A DNA stretch of 64,000 nucleotides from Octopus sinensis. Its lineage: Eukaryota. The stretch is from assembly GCF_006345805.1 (NCBI RefSeq), contig NC_043002.1, forward strand, positions 18,228,001 to 18,292,000. The letters are read 5' to 3'. Both the position numbers and the translations under genes were made by a program. Within the stretch, counting starts at the first letter, position 1. Every line of letters begins with the position of its first letter. The notes under the pieces are model-generated. The model saw only the letters and a list, made by a program, of their open reading frames with translations, was not told the origin of the DNA and did not search any database. This document shows positions 11,710-25,700 of this stretch, piece by piece.

Positions 11710-12211
11710 TATTATTATTATTATTGTTATTATTATTATAATAATTATTATTATTATTATTATTACTATTATTATTATTATTATATTATTATTATTATTA
11801 TTACTATTATTATTATTATTATTGTTATTATTACTATCATTATTATTATTATTGTTATTATTATTATAATAATTATTATTATTATTATTATTTGTACATT
11901 CTTGGGTAGTGCACGTTTTAAATTTGGAATGACACAGACAAATTTAACATGGCCTCTGCGTAATGGTGACATGCAAATACGTGAAGCGTTCCATTCAGGC
12001 AGCGAGCTAGAGAAGCCGTTACCACGGGGAACAAAATATTTAGCGGCAGTTCTTCCGGTTTTAGGTTTTGAATTTTTTTCGAGGCCAATAAAATAAAGTA
12101 GCACTTGATAGCTGGATCCATGTAATCGACAAGCCCCTTTCCCCCGAAAATTCCAAGCCTACAGTAGTAGTTTTATTTTTGTTATTATTATTATTTTTAT
12201 TATTATTATTA

Positions 12212-12264
<53 letters not shown>

Positions 12265-12267
<3 letters not shown>

Positions 12268-13924
12268 TAGTTTTATTTTTATAGCGTGCTTTCACTTCAC
12301 TACCGAGCGCAGCTCTGTGTGCCTTGGGTATGTTCTGTGATTTGTTGTGATGCTCTGATGGTTATTGTATGGAAAGTGTTCTGCGTAGGATGTGTGCAGT
12401 GCCTAGTAGTGCAATTTTCTGTATGTTATATGTGTTTGTAAGTCCTGGTGTTTTTGTTATGTATTTATCTGAATATTTTTTTATCATGCCTAATGCACCT
12501 ACTATGATAGGAATTGTTTCTGTTTTCAGGTTCCACATTCTAGTTATCTCTATTTCCAGGTCTTTGTATTTTGAGAGTTTCTCCATTTCTTTTAGAGACA
12601 CGTTGTCATCTGCCGGTATTGATACATCAATTAGAAAGCATTTTTTTTCTTCATGATCTCTAACAACTATATCTGGTCTGTTGGCCTTAATTTCTCTATC
12701 TGTGTGTATCGGCATATCCCAGAGTATGGTTGCTTTCTCGTTTTCTGTGACCTTTTCTGGTGTGTGCCTATACCATCTTTTTTCTGTTGTTATTCCATAA
12801 TGTTGGCATAGCTTCCAATGTATGTAGGTTCCAACTCTGTCATGTCTGTGAATATATTCCTTCTTAGCCAGGACTGAGCAGCTAGAGATAATATGATTTA
12901 TTGTTTCTTGTCCATCTCCACATATTCTGCAGTTACTTGTAATATTTCTTTTTATTACATGTTTTTGGTAATTTCTGGTGGGGAGACTTTGGTCTTGTGC
13001 TGCAATTAAAAATCCCTCTGTTCCTGCTTTGAGTCCTGAGCTTCTCAACCATTGCTGGGATTTTTCTTTGTCTATTTCTTTTGCGTTTAGTTTAGTGCAG
13101 TATTTACCATGAAGGGGCTTTTCTTGCCATCGTTTTATCATGGCTCGTTGCTGTTCTATTTTTAGTTTGGATTTCATTTGTTTTATAGCTTTTGTTGTTT
13201 CTTCATCATCTCTTCTTCTTCTTTGTGTTTATTAGGTGGTATGATTTCTTGTTTGTATTTGTCAGCTTCCTTAAATACTGAGAACAGTTTTTTGTTTTGC
13301 TCGTGTTTTGCTGCTATCTGGATCAGTTTTCCTTCCTTCTGAAGTAGGTATTTTTGCAGTCCTATGGTGGTTATTTTATAGTAGTTTTCCAGCTGTATAA
13401 GGCCTCTACCACCTTCTATACGTTGTATATATAGTCTTTCTATGTCAGATTTTGGGTGATGCATCCTAGATCCTGTCAGTATTTTTCTTGTTTTCCTATC
13501 TATTTTGGACAGTTCATTCGTGTCCAGTTACGGATATTGTAGCTGTAACTTATAACTGGGACAGCTAAAGTGTTGATACCTATTATCTTGTTTTTAGCAT
13601 TGAGCTCTGTTTTTAGTATTGATCTAACTCGTCTATATATTCTTTTTTTATTTTCTCTTTCATTTGTGTGTTTTGTGTCTTATCTAGTTCATGGATTCCT
13701 AAGTATTTGTAAGTTTGGCTTTGGTCTAATTCTTTTATTTCATTGGTTTTATCTAGTGTGATGTTGTTACTCTTAACTAGTTTTCCTCTTTTCATGGTTA
13801 CTTTGGCGCATTTTTCTAATCCAAATTTCATATCTATTTCTTTGGTAAATCCATGAACTGTCTTTAATAGTGTTTCCAGCTGTTTGTCATTTGCAGCGTA
13901 TAGTTTTAGGTCATCCTTATATAA

Positions 13925-13925
<1 letters not shown>
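12265..13925 (-). mobile_element. 5'-truncated R4/Dong-type RLE non-LTR retrotransposon in a (TAA)n tract
   Basis: RT motifs LYKDDLKLY, FGLEKC, YKYLG, HPKSDIERLY..GGRGL; CCHC knuckle CRICG..ETINHIISSC; RHD; endonuclease NRPDIVV..LIDVSIP..KYKDL. About 3 frameshifts and a ~95-bp 3' UTR. ATT tracts on both sides. Confidence 0.9.
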
Positions 13926-14001
<76 letters not shown>

Positions 14002-14015
14002 CATCATCATCATCA

Positions 14016-14074
<59 letters not shown>

Positions 14075-14129
14075 GTTGTTGTTGTTATTATTATTATTAC
14101 TATTATTGTTATTATTATTATTATTATTA

Positions 14130-14280
14130 CGGCAGCGGTATTTCGCCAATCACTATGTTCTGAGTTCAAATCTCGCTGAGGTCGACAAAATAAGTACCAG
14201 TTCAACACTGGGGTCGATGTAATCGACTCATCCTCTCCCCGAAAATTGCTGCTCTTGTGGAAAAATTTTAAACCATTATT
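14130..14280 (+). mobile_element. SINE family C fragment, internally deleted, tail C2
   Basis: GCGGTATTTCG..GTTCTGAGTTCAAAT..GAGGTCGAC/AAAATAAGTACCAGTT..GGGGTCGATGTAATCGAC. Confidence 0.75.
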
Positions 14281-15253
14281 ATTAGTGTCGTTGTTGTTGT
14301 TATTGTTGTTGCTGTTGTTGTTGTTGATTTTAAGTTTAAAGGAGTGAATGCATTGAGACAACTGTGAAGAATCCTCTCGCTGCTAACTTATTTCCTGCAA
14401 ACTTCATTTAAAATTGATTCTTAACCTTGTTTGCTTCATGTCCCCTTTCAAATATATGTGAAAAAGGTTCCCTAATATATTTCATTGCATTTTATCACTC
14501 AATAATTATAGAAATGTAATGAAATATTATGCAAGTCAAAGCCTTACTGTTATCTACGTATGTGTACGCAAAAATTAGTTACTTTCATCCAAGTTTCTTT
14601 TTAACTAACGAAGATAGGCCGAACTCCTTACTGAAAATCAAAAACATATATACTACGCATTTAATGTACTTTTATATTTAAATAGTTATCCGGTGCCTAA
14701 TATAGGCTTCCGATATTTAGTTCATTGTTTTTTGTAGCTTCTTGTTTGTTTGTATGCTTTTTTGTTTCTGTTTTTTTGTTTTTTGTTTTTTGGTTTTTTG
14801 CCAATGGCTCAAATCTTCTTGTACAATCATTTATAATCTATTAATTATCAAATACATGAATCTGAAACAGTTCTAGGCCAAATATAAAGGGAAAATAATA
14901 CTTCCTTTGTATCTATGGGTGGAAGTCTATTAATTTAGTTTAGTGTATTTATGAATGCAAGTCTATTAATCTAGTGTTTTAATCTAGTTTTACAAATAGG
15001 TTTATTTGAGCAGAATGTGCAGTAATAAGATATCAGATTTATGTCAAGCAGTGGTATTTTCAATTCATCAAAGATTTTTATACTTGCTCATCATGTTATC
15101 GTCTTTCAGTTCCTGTAGATGAGAATAATTCTCCAGATTTGTATCTAACATCCATTTACTGGCATTATTTTTTTATTATTTGTATATTCGGAAGCCGCTG
15201 AAAATTTTGTCTTACATCGCCATTAATGTCACATGTAATTCTACTGATAAAAA

Positions 15254-15284
<31 letters not shown>

Positions 15285-15954
15285 CAATTCTTTTGCTTTT
15301 ATAAGGTTCACTTATTTTTCTTGTAATTTTGTGGTTACCTCATTTCATTTGTTGCAGATGTCAGAAAGATAAGCGAAGTGAATCCTTGGCTTTTTCAGCT
15401 CATCACACATTTTCTTATCGTACAACTTTGAAACATGTAAAATAGCATTGTTTTGATCATAAAAGTGTTGCAACTAGTTTCCTTTAGAAATACCTCAAAC
15501 TCCATTTATGTAGTAAAAGACACAACTTCTTGATGATTTTCATGGTAAAGTTTCTTTTTTTTTTTAAAAAAATTATACGATTATTCAACAGGCGAGCTTT
15601 TATCTTATTCACTATTTAAAAAACATTGCGCAAAGTTTTATGCAGTCGACTGCTGAGATGTTTTGCAGCTAATACAGTGAGTCTCATAGTTGAAACTGAT
15701 TCTTTTAAATGTGCGTCAAATCCACATGGCAACTACTCGTGGAAGCTACATCATTAGTTGTAATACAACGGCATTTGTAAGATGAGTATGTTTATCATTA
15801 AAAAGTGCTCAAATACATTAGAAATTGTAGAACATTTTTATGTACGTTTACAACTGTACAACAAATAGGAACTCATCTATAATTGTTTGATTACTATTTG
15901 GATTATGCCCGAAGGACAACAGCGATCATTCATTGTGATACGGAAATATACTTT

Positions 15955-16347
15955 CTCTTTTACTCTTTTACTCTTTTACTTTCAGTCATTTGACTGCGGC
16001 CATGCTGGAGCACCGCCTTTAGTCGAGCAAATCGACCCCCAGGACTTATTCTTTTTAAGCCTAGTACTTGTTCTATCTGTCTCTTTTGCCGAACCGCTAA
16101 GTTGCGGAGACGTAAACACACCAGCATGGGTTGTCAAGCGATGTTGGGAGGACAAACACAGACACACAAACACATATATACATACATATATATACACATA
16201 TACGACGGGCTTCTTTCAGTTTTCATCTACCAAATCCACTCACAAGGCTTTGGTCGGCCCGAGGCTATGGTAGAAGACACTTGCCCAAGGTGTCACGCAG
16301 TGGGTCTGAACCAGGAACAATGTGGTTAGCAAGCAAGCTACTTACCA
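15955..16347 (-). mobile_element. SINE family A, slightly 5'-truncated
   Basis: Reverse-complement match to 352-774. Confidence 0.9.
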
Positions 16348-17344
16348 TGTGGTTTTCTATCACTTCTTGTGATTTTAGTGGCATTTGCCATTTTGTTGAT
16401 TTTTCTTGATTCTGAAGTATCTCTAAGAGGAATTAGCGATATTATATTGCTTTGATCAGAGCCTTTCATACTTATTAATAACTTCATTACAGCTCGTAAG
16501 ACGAGTTACACCAAGTGTAGATGTTTTCTACATTTCACCATTAATTTGAAATTTACTAATTCCCCTCCTTTCCTGCCACCTCTTTCTCTCCGTTACTTTT
16601 TCCTTCTCTGTCTTTCTCTCTTTCTTTCTTTCTCTTTCTTTTTATCTATCTATCTATCTCTCCCTGCTTGGCTATTTTGTTTTCAATCAACTCATTAATT
16701 GTAGATCGATTTCAAAATTTATTTTACAAACACTGAAAGTTGGATGGTTTGTTTGTAAATGATCAATCATTCTTGATAGCTTTAGTCCTTCATTTGTGAA
16801 TTTTCCTTTTCATTTTTCTTTTTTTTTTCTCATGATAAATATATTGGTAACATCTCACTATTAATGGATGGAATACTTCTCTATTTTAAATATTTACTTG
16901 AATATCGATGACACTTTCCTGCTTTCACTTCTTTTTTATGAACCTAACTATAATAGCGATATTTGTATAAAACCCTTTTATCTTAACGTAGGATTAAAAT
17001 AAAAGACATTCCAAGCTTCGGTTGATTGTTGCATGAAATAAAATGAAGGATGCTTCTCTGATAGTGGTTTACATATAATAGTGATAAAAATTAATTAAAA
17101 GCAAAACTTAAGAATTGACACTTAGAAAATAGAAGTCTTTTTTTTTCTGATGACTTCGAATTTAACAAAAGTACAAGGAAATGACAACAAAACAACGAGC
17201 TTGTTGAGTCATTAGCGTGTCGGAAAACTACTTAGCGGCGTTTCTTTACATACTGTTTGCGTCCTGAGTTTGAATAACTATACAATTAGTACCAGCCAAG
17301 TACTGAGTTCGATGTGATCGACCAAGCTTCGGATCTTTACCTTT

Positions 17345-17570
17345 TGACCGACAGATTTAAAAAATGATTTTATGTAACTAAACACTTTCAAACTTCGTAT
17401 ACTGGTAGAATGTGTCACATAAAACATCTTTTACTCTTGGCGTTGTTGAGAAAATTCTGTATTTTGGAAGTTATTTTTTGTTAAAGTTGTCGTATTTCGG
17501 TAATTTCAACCAATCAATGACGTGTATTCAGCTGAATAAAATTACGGCTGTTGTTTGTCAACAATAACTT
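17345..17570 (+). mobile_element. Solo diverged copy of the long-TIR arm seen at 33608 and 38327
   Basis: Shares TTTCAAACTTCGTAT..GAATGT.TCACA and GTTAAAGTTGTCGT.TTT.GGTAATTTCAACCAATCAA with 33650-33785. Confidence 0.7.
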
Positions 17571-18759
17571 GAAGCAATAACTACAATAAGTACCAGTTAC
17601 TTATTGTAATCACCTGTCTTCCTCCCCAAATATTTCGGGCCTTGTGCCTAGAGTAGAAAAGAATATCAACAACATGCTAGGAAGCAGTAGAATCGCCCAT
17701 GTTGAGAAACACTGACCTAACTATACACACGCTGCTTCAATGTCACCGTTTCAAAGTAGCTGCAAATTCGTTTTAATCGATTAGTTCTTTAATCTTTTGT
17801 TTGTTTTAACCATCACATTTAAGGCCATGCTAGAGTATGAAAATATTTTAAATTATAGAACCAAGAGATAAGAAAATAATCCGTCATTAAAATTCTTCAA
17901 ACAGGATGCAGAAAGTGTTGAATACAAAACTGACGAATCAATCTAGAAAACAGTTTTTAAAAAGAATATTGATTTCGCACTTAGATGCGGGAACACAAAA
18001 ATGAATTGAAATGACAATAGATGGCGCTAGACGGTTTCATTGGAAACCGGAGTTAATACTCGGACTAACAACTGACAGAATACTCTGACAAATGCTTTGT
18101 GCTCGATGTTTCAGTTATTCAGTTTCTGAGTTCAAATCCTGCTGAAGCTGATTTTGCTTTTTTATGCTTTCGGAGTTTATAAAAGTACCCGCCAAACACT
18201 AGATCTCATTCTTCTCTCTTACTCTCCTCTCTCTCTCTCTCTCACTCACTCACTCTCACTTTTCCTCTTACTCTCCAAGGATCAACAATGCTACACAAGA
18301 TGTACTCACTATGTGCCTTGACTCCAAAAAAATGTACTAGCTTTCAGTAGGGACTACCAATTTCTCATCATTTAGCATACATTTCCCAAATCCGTCCAAA
18401 TGAAACCAAATGGATGTACTGACGTGTAGTACAACACAGACTGATGAAATAAGAAAAATATAATGAGTTCTAAGGGCACACATTCATATATTGGTTGCAA
18501 TAAAGTAATCGGTTTCGTCGTTTCCAGAAAGATAAGGAAACATTAGAAGCAAAATCGCCCTCTTTAGGATTTGCCTCCATTACTATACGAACACAAAAAC
18601 TATATGAGATTTTCGCTGCACACCATACAGATTCTACCAATCCACGTTCTTTTCCCATATAGACCTCAAATTCGAGTAATATGTAATTCATTATATGGAA
18701 ATTGAGTAGTTTTTTGCTTTATCAAGTAAAAAGCAAGCATCATTTAAAATAATTCTTTC

Positions 18760-18930
18760 CAATTTTGGCACAACGCTAGCAGTTTTAAAAGGAAATGCTC
18801 AACTGGTACTTATTTCATCGACTCCAAAACGATTAAAGGCGTTCTTGACCCGGGCGGAATTTGAACTCACAACGTGTTGGATAAACTGCTGCAAATCACT
18901 GTGTCTGGCGCTCAAATAATTCTGCCAGTG
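18760..18930 (-). mobile_element. Decayed SINE family C
   Basis: AACTGGTACTTATTTCATCGACTCC..GGCGGAATTTGAACTCACAACGT. Confidence 0.7.
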
Positions 18931-20504
18931 GGACCTCAGGCTTAGTTATAATAGTGGCATAAATATATTGAAATTAAAATGGCTTGAGGGATTTTCAATT
19001 CTGGAATTTCAATCTATGATGTTCAGCATTATAAATACAATTTAGGTGTCCCTGTATTTAGTATTAGTGTTTATCCCCAATTCAGCTCTGATCGAGAAGA
19101 CCGGTGTTCCGTTGATACCCCAGCTAAGAACTGCTAGAGATTTCCTGTCTATTTTGTACACCGGTATCTACTTTGAAAAATACATCCTCCCTACTTTGAG
19201 GGATTAAGAAGTGAAATGAGTAATGTTTGGTTGCTAAATCTAGAAAACAAATTTTAACTAAGCTGATCCATTGTGTTTATGAAGACACTTTGGTTTTTTC
19301 ATACATGTTCAGAAGATTTCAGAAATACCGTAGATTGATTCTTACTCGAAAACGATAAGGTTTTTTTTCGTTTTCTAAGATATTAACGACACGGAAGCCA
19401 TTTAAAATTAAGATGAATGCAATGACAAATAAGATATTTAAAATTGAAGGCTACGGTGCTTATCAGTTTTTACTTCCCTCTTCAAAGACTGCTGAATACC
19501 GTTTGCATCTTAAAGATAATCCCCAATGAAAGAAAAAAGGCATACATGCTGTAATTTTGGTTATATCACAGAGAAATTGTATTTTCTATTCCAAACACGC
19601 GAAAAAGAAATGGAAAGACATGGAAAACTACACATAAAAGAGAATGTTTCTAGCCTGTAAATTCATTTCTAAATTTAGGCAAACACACATACACATATGT
19701 GAGTGTGTGCGTGCCTGTGTGCTAGCATATATCCCTAGATGTATATATGTGCATCGAAATCCAGTGTTTCAAAAAAGAATGATTTCGCGTTCTCTCGAAC
19801 GTTTACACAGGTAGCCTTCCATGGTTTCTGTGAAAAATGATTTTTTTTTTTCAATCCAATATTTACCTGCTATTTTTTGTAGCTTTATATGATGTACTTC
19901 GAGGTACAATGTTCTGAAAAAGAATTTATTCATCATTGCTATCTTTATAATCATCATCATCATCGTCGTCATCGTCCTCCCCCTCATCATCATGATCATT
20001 ATCATCGACATAATCCTCTTCATGATCACCACTCTTAACACCACCACAACCATCATCATCATCATCAACATTATCATCATTATTAGCATCACTGTGTTCG
20101 TCATCGTCATTTTCTTTGTTTTTTTATATATTTCTGATTTTCATATTACAGAATTTTTTTTTTCTTTTCCTTTCTTCAGAACTATTTTCTGATTTAAAGG
20201 TGTAAAGAGAAGAAACAATACAGTGTTGTAATGAATATCGACAGGAAATCTTTGTTGGTTTGTGTTCAGTTTTTTTTTCCTTTCCAAAAATCAATACTTG
20301 TCGAAGTGTTATGAATATAGTCTCGAGATAGAGCTAAAGTTATGCGATTCCTCTAGTTTCTTTCAGTGACAACGATAAAGTTTACTTTTCACTTTCAAGT
20401 AAAACATGCCAGTTGTCAAGTTTGTAACCATTTCTTTTAAGTCTTTGTTGTCTGTTTCCATTAGTTTCGAAAGAATTCAGAAATAAGGCATGATATTTTT
20501 TTAT

Positions 20505-20583
20505 TCATATATATATATATATATATGTGTGTGGTGTGTGTGTGTGTGTGTGTGTGGTGTGTTGTGTGTGTGGTGTGTATATT

Positions 20584-20621
<38 letters not shown>

Positions 20622-20900
20622 GTATGTATGTATATATATATTTATATATGTATATATATATATTATATATATATATATATTATATATATATTCATGTATG
20701 TATGTATATGTATATGTGTATATAAATATGTGTTTTGTATATATGCATTTATTCTGTTCTTCAAATATTTGCTTCCTTGTTTTATCTGCAGTAGTGATTT
20801 TCTGTGTGTGAGCATGTGTGCATGCGTGTGTGCGTGTTTGCGTGTGTGCGTGTGCGTGTGTGTGAGTATGCGTATGTCTGTGTATGTGTGTGTGTGATTC
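20505..20900. repeat. Compound (TA)n/(TG)n/(TGCG)n microsatellite
   Basis: Direct reading. Confidence 0.9.
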
Positions 20901-22716
20901 TTTTCATTGTCTTTGACCAATGTAAGACAGTCAAGGAATCAAACTGACAAGCTATATTTACTGAATCTCGTTTTTTCTCGTTTACTAGTTGCAATTACGA
21001 CGTAACGATTTGTCAGAAGAAATTCTAAGCCTTTTTATTCAGCCGACAGAACAGTCTTTCTTTCTCTTATTTCATTTTATTTTATTTTCGATTAAGCAAA
21101 GAAAAATTATCTTTACAAGGAACTAACATTGCTTGTTGAATTTCCCTTGATACATTATAGAGAATAAATGTGTTCTGTTGTTTAGCTAGCTGATGGTGCT
21201 TTATATCACTCTATCAACATTTCTTGTTATTTTTAATCCCCTGTGCGGATACTCTTCAGAATCAAGAGAACTGTTATCTCTGAGTAATGTAATTCCCAAT
21301 ACACTATACATAGATTAATTTATTGAGGTGTCCTATTTAAGAACGGAGAGTATTTCACAACAGGATGTAAAAAAACGCTGCTCAATCTAAAATTAAAATT
21401 AAGATTAATTTTGCCTACTACAATAGTATCTGTTTACAAAGTTTGTCGCATATTTCTCAATAAAGTTGGAAACATGGCCAATATACACACGAGCTGTCTC
21501 AGTCAGTACAGATGATTGGTAATATCCATGCTATTTTATGTTACTGATAATTTTTCTTTCTCATATCATTTTATTTTTCAAATTTTAGAATGATGATGTT
21601 TGGCTTGAATACATAATTTTGGATGGAAATAGAAAAAGAAATAAAAGAAGCCAGTTTAGTTTCGATAAGAACATAGAATTGAAGATATGACTCGCAACCA
21701 GTCAAAATTTTAAATGGCTTTCAACACTACTCGTTTTGCAAGCTATGTTAATGGTATTATTTTCGGTAAGAATAAAATCGTATAGCGGAGATTGTACAAG
21801 ACATTAGTTCCCAACTGCTATACATTTGCCGGTGAATCATATATCTCTGTCTTGTCTGTTAATAGTTGTTAATAGTTTCATAACAAAATATTATTTGAAA
21901 AAACAATTATCAGTAGTATATGAACAGCAAACAATTTCTTGCGATGAATATTTCATCGTAAACAGATCTCGTGTCGATTTCGAAAGTTAGAATTCTAGTT
22001 GTTCAACCAACAGAAGTGCCTACACGTTGAATGATTATCTAAGTGACTGGATATTCCACAGACTAGCACTGGAACGCAAGCTCAAATATAAGAAGCGTTG
22101 TTACAATCGTGTTGTAGCGTGCGATAAATTTCGCTCCTGGTATAACATACATATTCCCTTACTCATCCAATAATCTTTCTACAGTACCAAAAGCTGATGG
22201 GATGTGCTTCTCCTCCCTAACTACTGAGAGAGATAGAAACCAGGACATTATTTCGCAGCCTCATCCCGTTACTATGGTTCAGAAGATGTGTGTTCCATTT
22301 GGCCATACTAACTTGTAAGAATTTGGAGATGACAGGAGAGATCTTATATATTTCAACGGCCTTGAGTATCCAATTATGTGAGATACTATCAAACGTTTTC
22401 CAGTAGTCTAATTATTATTATTATTATTGTTGTTGGTGGTGGTGGTGGTGGTGGTGTTGTTATATTGCCTTTGCACAGCTACGGTGTCAGCTGCTCACTA
22501 CTAGTGAACTAAGGTAACTTCCCTTATTTTTCGAGCACCATCTGGAGTTAATTTTTTATTACCTATAAAAGGCTACACACAAAAAGCTTATCGACGAATA
22601 CAACATATAAAGACAATATAAAACGAGACATAGCATAAATCATCTGGACTATTCGAGCAGTTCCATTTTTATCATCATCATCATCATCATCATCATCATT
22701 ATTATTATTATTATTA

Positions 22717-22758
<42 letters not shown>

Positions 22759-22762
22759 TATT

Positions 22763-22803
<41 letters not shown>

Positions 22804-22839
22804 TTATTATTATTTTATTATTATTATTATTATTATTAT

Positions 22840-22897
<58 letters not shown>

Positions 22898-23172
22898 GAT
22901 ATGTTTGTTTGTTTTTTCCTTTGTATCTGTACAAGTTGACTCAAAGTCTCACCCAGAAACCTCAAGGTACAGGAAGTTAGTGGTTCAAGTTGGTATTATG
23001 ACTAGGGGGCAATAATTATGGTTTTCCATAGAGTATTGTTCTTAGAGAATGCCTGTCAAAACAAGAGAATTTGAAATTTGCTTTAAAAAACAAACTCCTA
23101 ATTTTCTTATGTTTTGACTTCTAACTTGTTGTCTCTTGAGGTGAGACGTACAATACAAAACAAAAGCCAGAC

Positions 23173-23174
<2 letters not shown>
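22898..23174. mobile_element. Two ~140-bp RLE-like 3' ends joined head-to-head, each running into a TAA tract
   Basis: Minus 22898-23040 and plus 23041-23174 both read CTTGAGGT..GTGAGAC..GTACA.ATACAAA..ACAT then (AAT)n. Confidence 0.55.
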
Positions 23175-23175
<1 letters not shown>

Positions 23176-23231
<56 letters not shown>

Positions 23232-23478
23232 GTAGTAGTAGTAGTAGTAGTCAAGACGAAAAGCGCGATTCGATTGTAATAGATATTTTATTGGTTGAAC
23301 GATATTTCGACAGTAAACCTTCTTTGCCGAGTTCATCTGTGAAGAGTTACATGAATCTTTTTAAAAATAGAAGAAGAAGAAGAAGAAGAAGAAGAAGAAG
23401 AAGAAAAAGAAGAAGAAGAAGAAGAAGAAGAAGAAGAAGGGGGAGGAGGAGGAGGAGGAGGAGGAGGAGGAGAAGAAG

Positions 23479-23510
<32 letters not shown>
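23176..23510. repeat. (AAT)n/(AGT)n tract and (GAA/GGA)n tract
   Basis: Direct reading (23176-23250 and ~23370-23510). Confidence 0.9.
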
Positions 23511-23589
23511 GTAGTTCAGATTGTACTTACCAAAAACTACCAGCCTAACGTTCTTCAAAAAGGTTTTGCCTTAATTGCAGATTCTGCGA

Positions 23590-24064
23590 AAAACTTGATA
23601 AAACATTAGACCATCTCGTCTCATGATGTCCTGTGCTGACATCAAATGAATGCAAAAATCTCCACAATAGAGTAGGTCAGTGTTTACACTGGAAAATATG
23701 TAAACACTACAAAATCAGCATTCCTGCTTACTGACATCATCCTGACCAGCCGTTGAAGGTAAAAATGTCACTATCCTCTGGTCAACACCGACAGAACAAT
23801 TCTGGCTATTCGACCAGACATAGTCATTAAAGACGGAGAAGAAAATTCTTGTAGAATAATAGATGTAAGTCTTCCCACTGATAAAAATATATCTGTAAAG
23901 AAATTTGACAAACTAAGTAAATATAAGGACCTGGAAATTGAAGTACAAAATATGTGGCATCTTGAAGCGATAACTGTTCTTGCTATTGCGGAAGCCTTAG
24001 GTATGATAAGAAAGGGATGTCAGAAACATCTAGATAAGATCCCAAGAGAACCATGTCTCACAGA
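23590..24064 (+). mobile_element. Degenerate RLE non-LTR retrotransposon C-terminal fragment
   Basis: LHNRVGQCLHWKICKHY and IRPDIVIKD..IIDVSLPTDKN..KLSKYKDLEIEVQNMW..ALGMI. Confidence 0.85.
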
Positions 24065-24070
24065 AATCCA

Positions 24071-24650
24071 ATAGATTGTGCTGCCATGTTCTGCCTACAT
24101 CTTTCGAAAAAAACTATCAACTTAAATGTACAGGGGTTGGACAAAATAATAGAAACACCTTAAAATGTCAAACAAAATTATTCTAATATGGGGTAGGACC
24201 GCCTTTGGCAGTAATTACAGCTTGAATTCTACCAGGTATGGATTCGTACAAAGTTTGAATTTTTTCAGCTAAAACAGTCCCCAGTTCTTGTAGTGATGAT
24301 AATGGAGAATATCGATTTCTTACTTGTTTTTCTAAAATACACCCTAAATGTTCAATAATATTGAGATCCAGGGACAGTTGTGGTCAGATAAGATGTTCAA
24401 CTTCACTAGAATGTTACACGTGCTATTCAGTAACAACTTTAACTGTGTAAATTTGTGCATTATCATCCTGGAAGATTGCGTTTCCCCGGAAACAGTTCCG
24501 CAAACATAGGATGAATTTGATCAGATAAAAGGCTTAAATAGTCTTGATTATTAATTCTGCCATGAAGGGAAACCATTGGGCCGGCGCATTTCTAAGATAT
24601 AGACCCCCAGATCATCACATATCCTCCTCCATGTTTAACAGTTGGAAGAA
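24071..24650 (-). mobile_element. Tc1-like DNA transposon 3' fragment with TIR
   Basis: TA + CAGGGGTTGGACAAAATAATAGAAACACC terminus. Minus strand reads PQLSLDLNIIEHL and IQTLYESIPGRIQAVITAKGGPTPY*. Confidence 0.85.
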
Positions 24651-24763
24651 AGGAAGTCTGGATCAAAGGATTCTTTTAGCTGTCTCCACACATATACTCG
24701 GCCGAGAAACTAACATTCTTCCACTGCTCTAGGGACTCCAATCCTAACGCTTTGCAACGTTTG

Positions 24764-24811
<48 letters not shown>

Positions 24812-24830
24812 TGTATGTGTGTGTGCTTAT

Positions 24831-24872
<42 letters not shown>

Positions 24873-25700
24873 GCAAATGTACGCTAGGTATGAAAAACAA
24901 ATCTCATAAATTACAAAGAGTAATTAAAAATTCCTTAATATTTCAGACACCTACGTGATTTTTTCTGACCTATACGTATGCGCATATATATGTATGTCTG
25001 TGTGCGTATATACATAGGTACAAATATAGATAGATAGATAGATACAGAGAGAGACAAGCAGACAGACAGACAGTGACGGGCAGGCAAGCAGAAAGACAGA
25101 GAGATTGATAAAGAAATAGATAGCTATGTATATGTTTATGTTTACATCGATGTAAGTGTAAATAGTCTCTCTCTCTGTTTCTTTCTACATATATATATAC
25201 ATGTAAATATATAGATATACATGTACATATACGTGTGTGTGTATGTGTTTACGTGTGTGTGCTTGTGTGTATGTGTATGTGTGTGTGTTTCTTTGTGTGT
25301 GTGTGTGTGTGTGTATGTGTGTTTCTCTGTGTGTATGTGTGTGTGTTTCTCTGTGTGTATGTATGCACTGAAATATGATTCAAAACAAGGCAACACGCAC
25401 TCATTTGTGTCCATTATTCTATTATATAACCATTGTGTGTATCCCTATATTGCGGTATTATTCACAGAAAATTCCTTCTAAAATAAGATATTCAAAATCA
25501 ATACTGCTCGCCAACTGAATGAAGTTCTCTTTCAAAATTCGATTTTTTAAAATATTTTTGGATTAAAAGGAATAATTATATATTTTTTCTGACAATTCTT
25601 GCTCGTTGTAAACTATTCTAGTTTTCAAACATATTTTTAGAATGACACATTGATTATCATTCTTTCTAAATGTCGGTAACTTCATTGATTATTATTATTA

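Noticed and set aside
15079-15215. Candidate exon TTTCAG|..PVDENNSPDLYLTSIYW.. resembling an ion-channel segment
   Set aside because: In-frame stop follows with no suitable donor; the motif is too short to support.
18480-18720. Possible mariner end (TATATTGGTTGCAATAAAGTAAT..)
   Set aside because: Only loose TIR similarity and no convincing transposase motif.
21591-21690. Acceptor followed by NDDVWLEYIILDGNRKRNKRSQFSFDKNIELKI*
   Set aside because: A 34-codon frame is expected by chance; no homology recognised.
22185-22314. 130-bp AG...GT open frame (PKADGMCFSSLTTERD...)
   Set aside because: Its start resembles a decayed SINE C2 tail; no recognisable protein.
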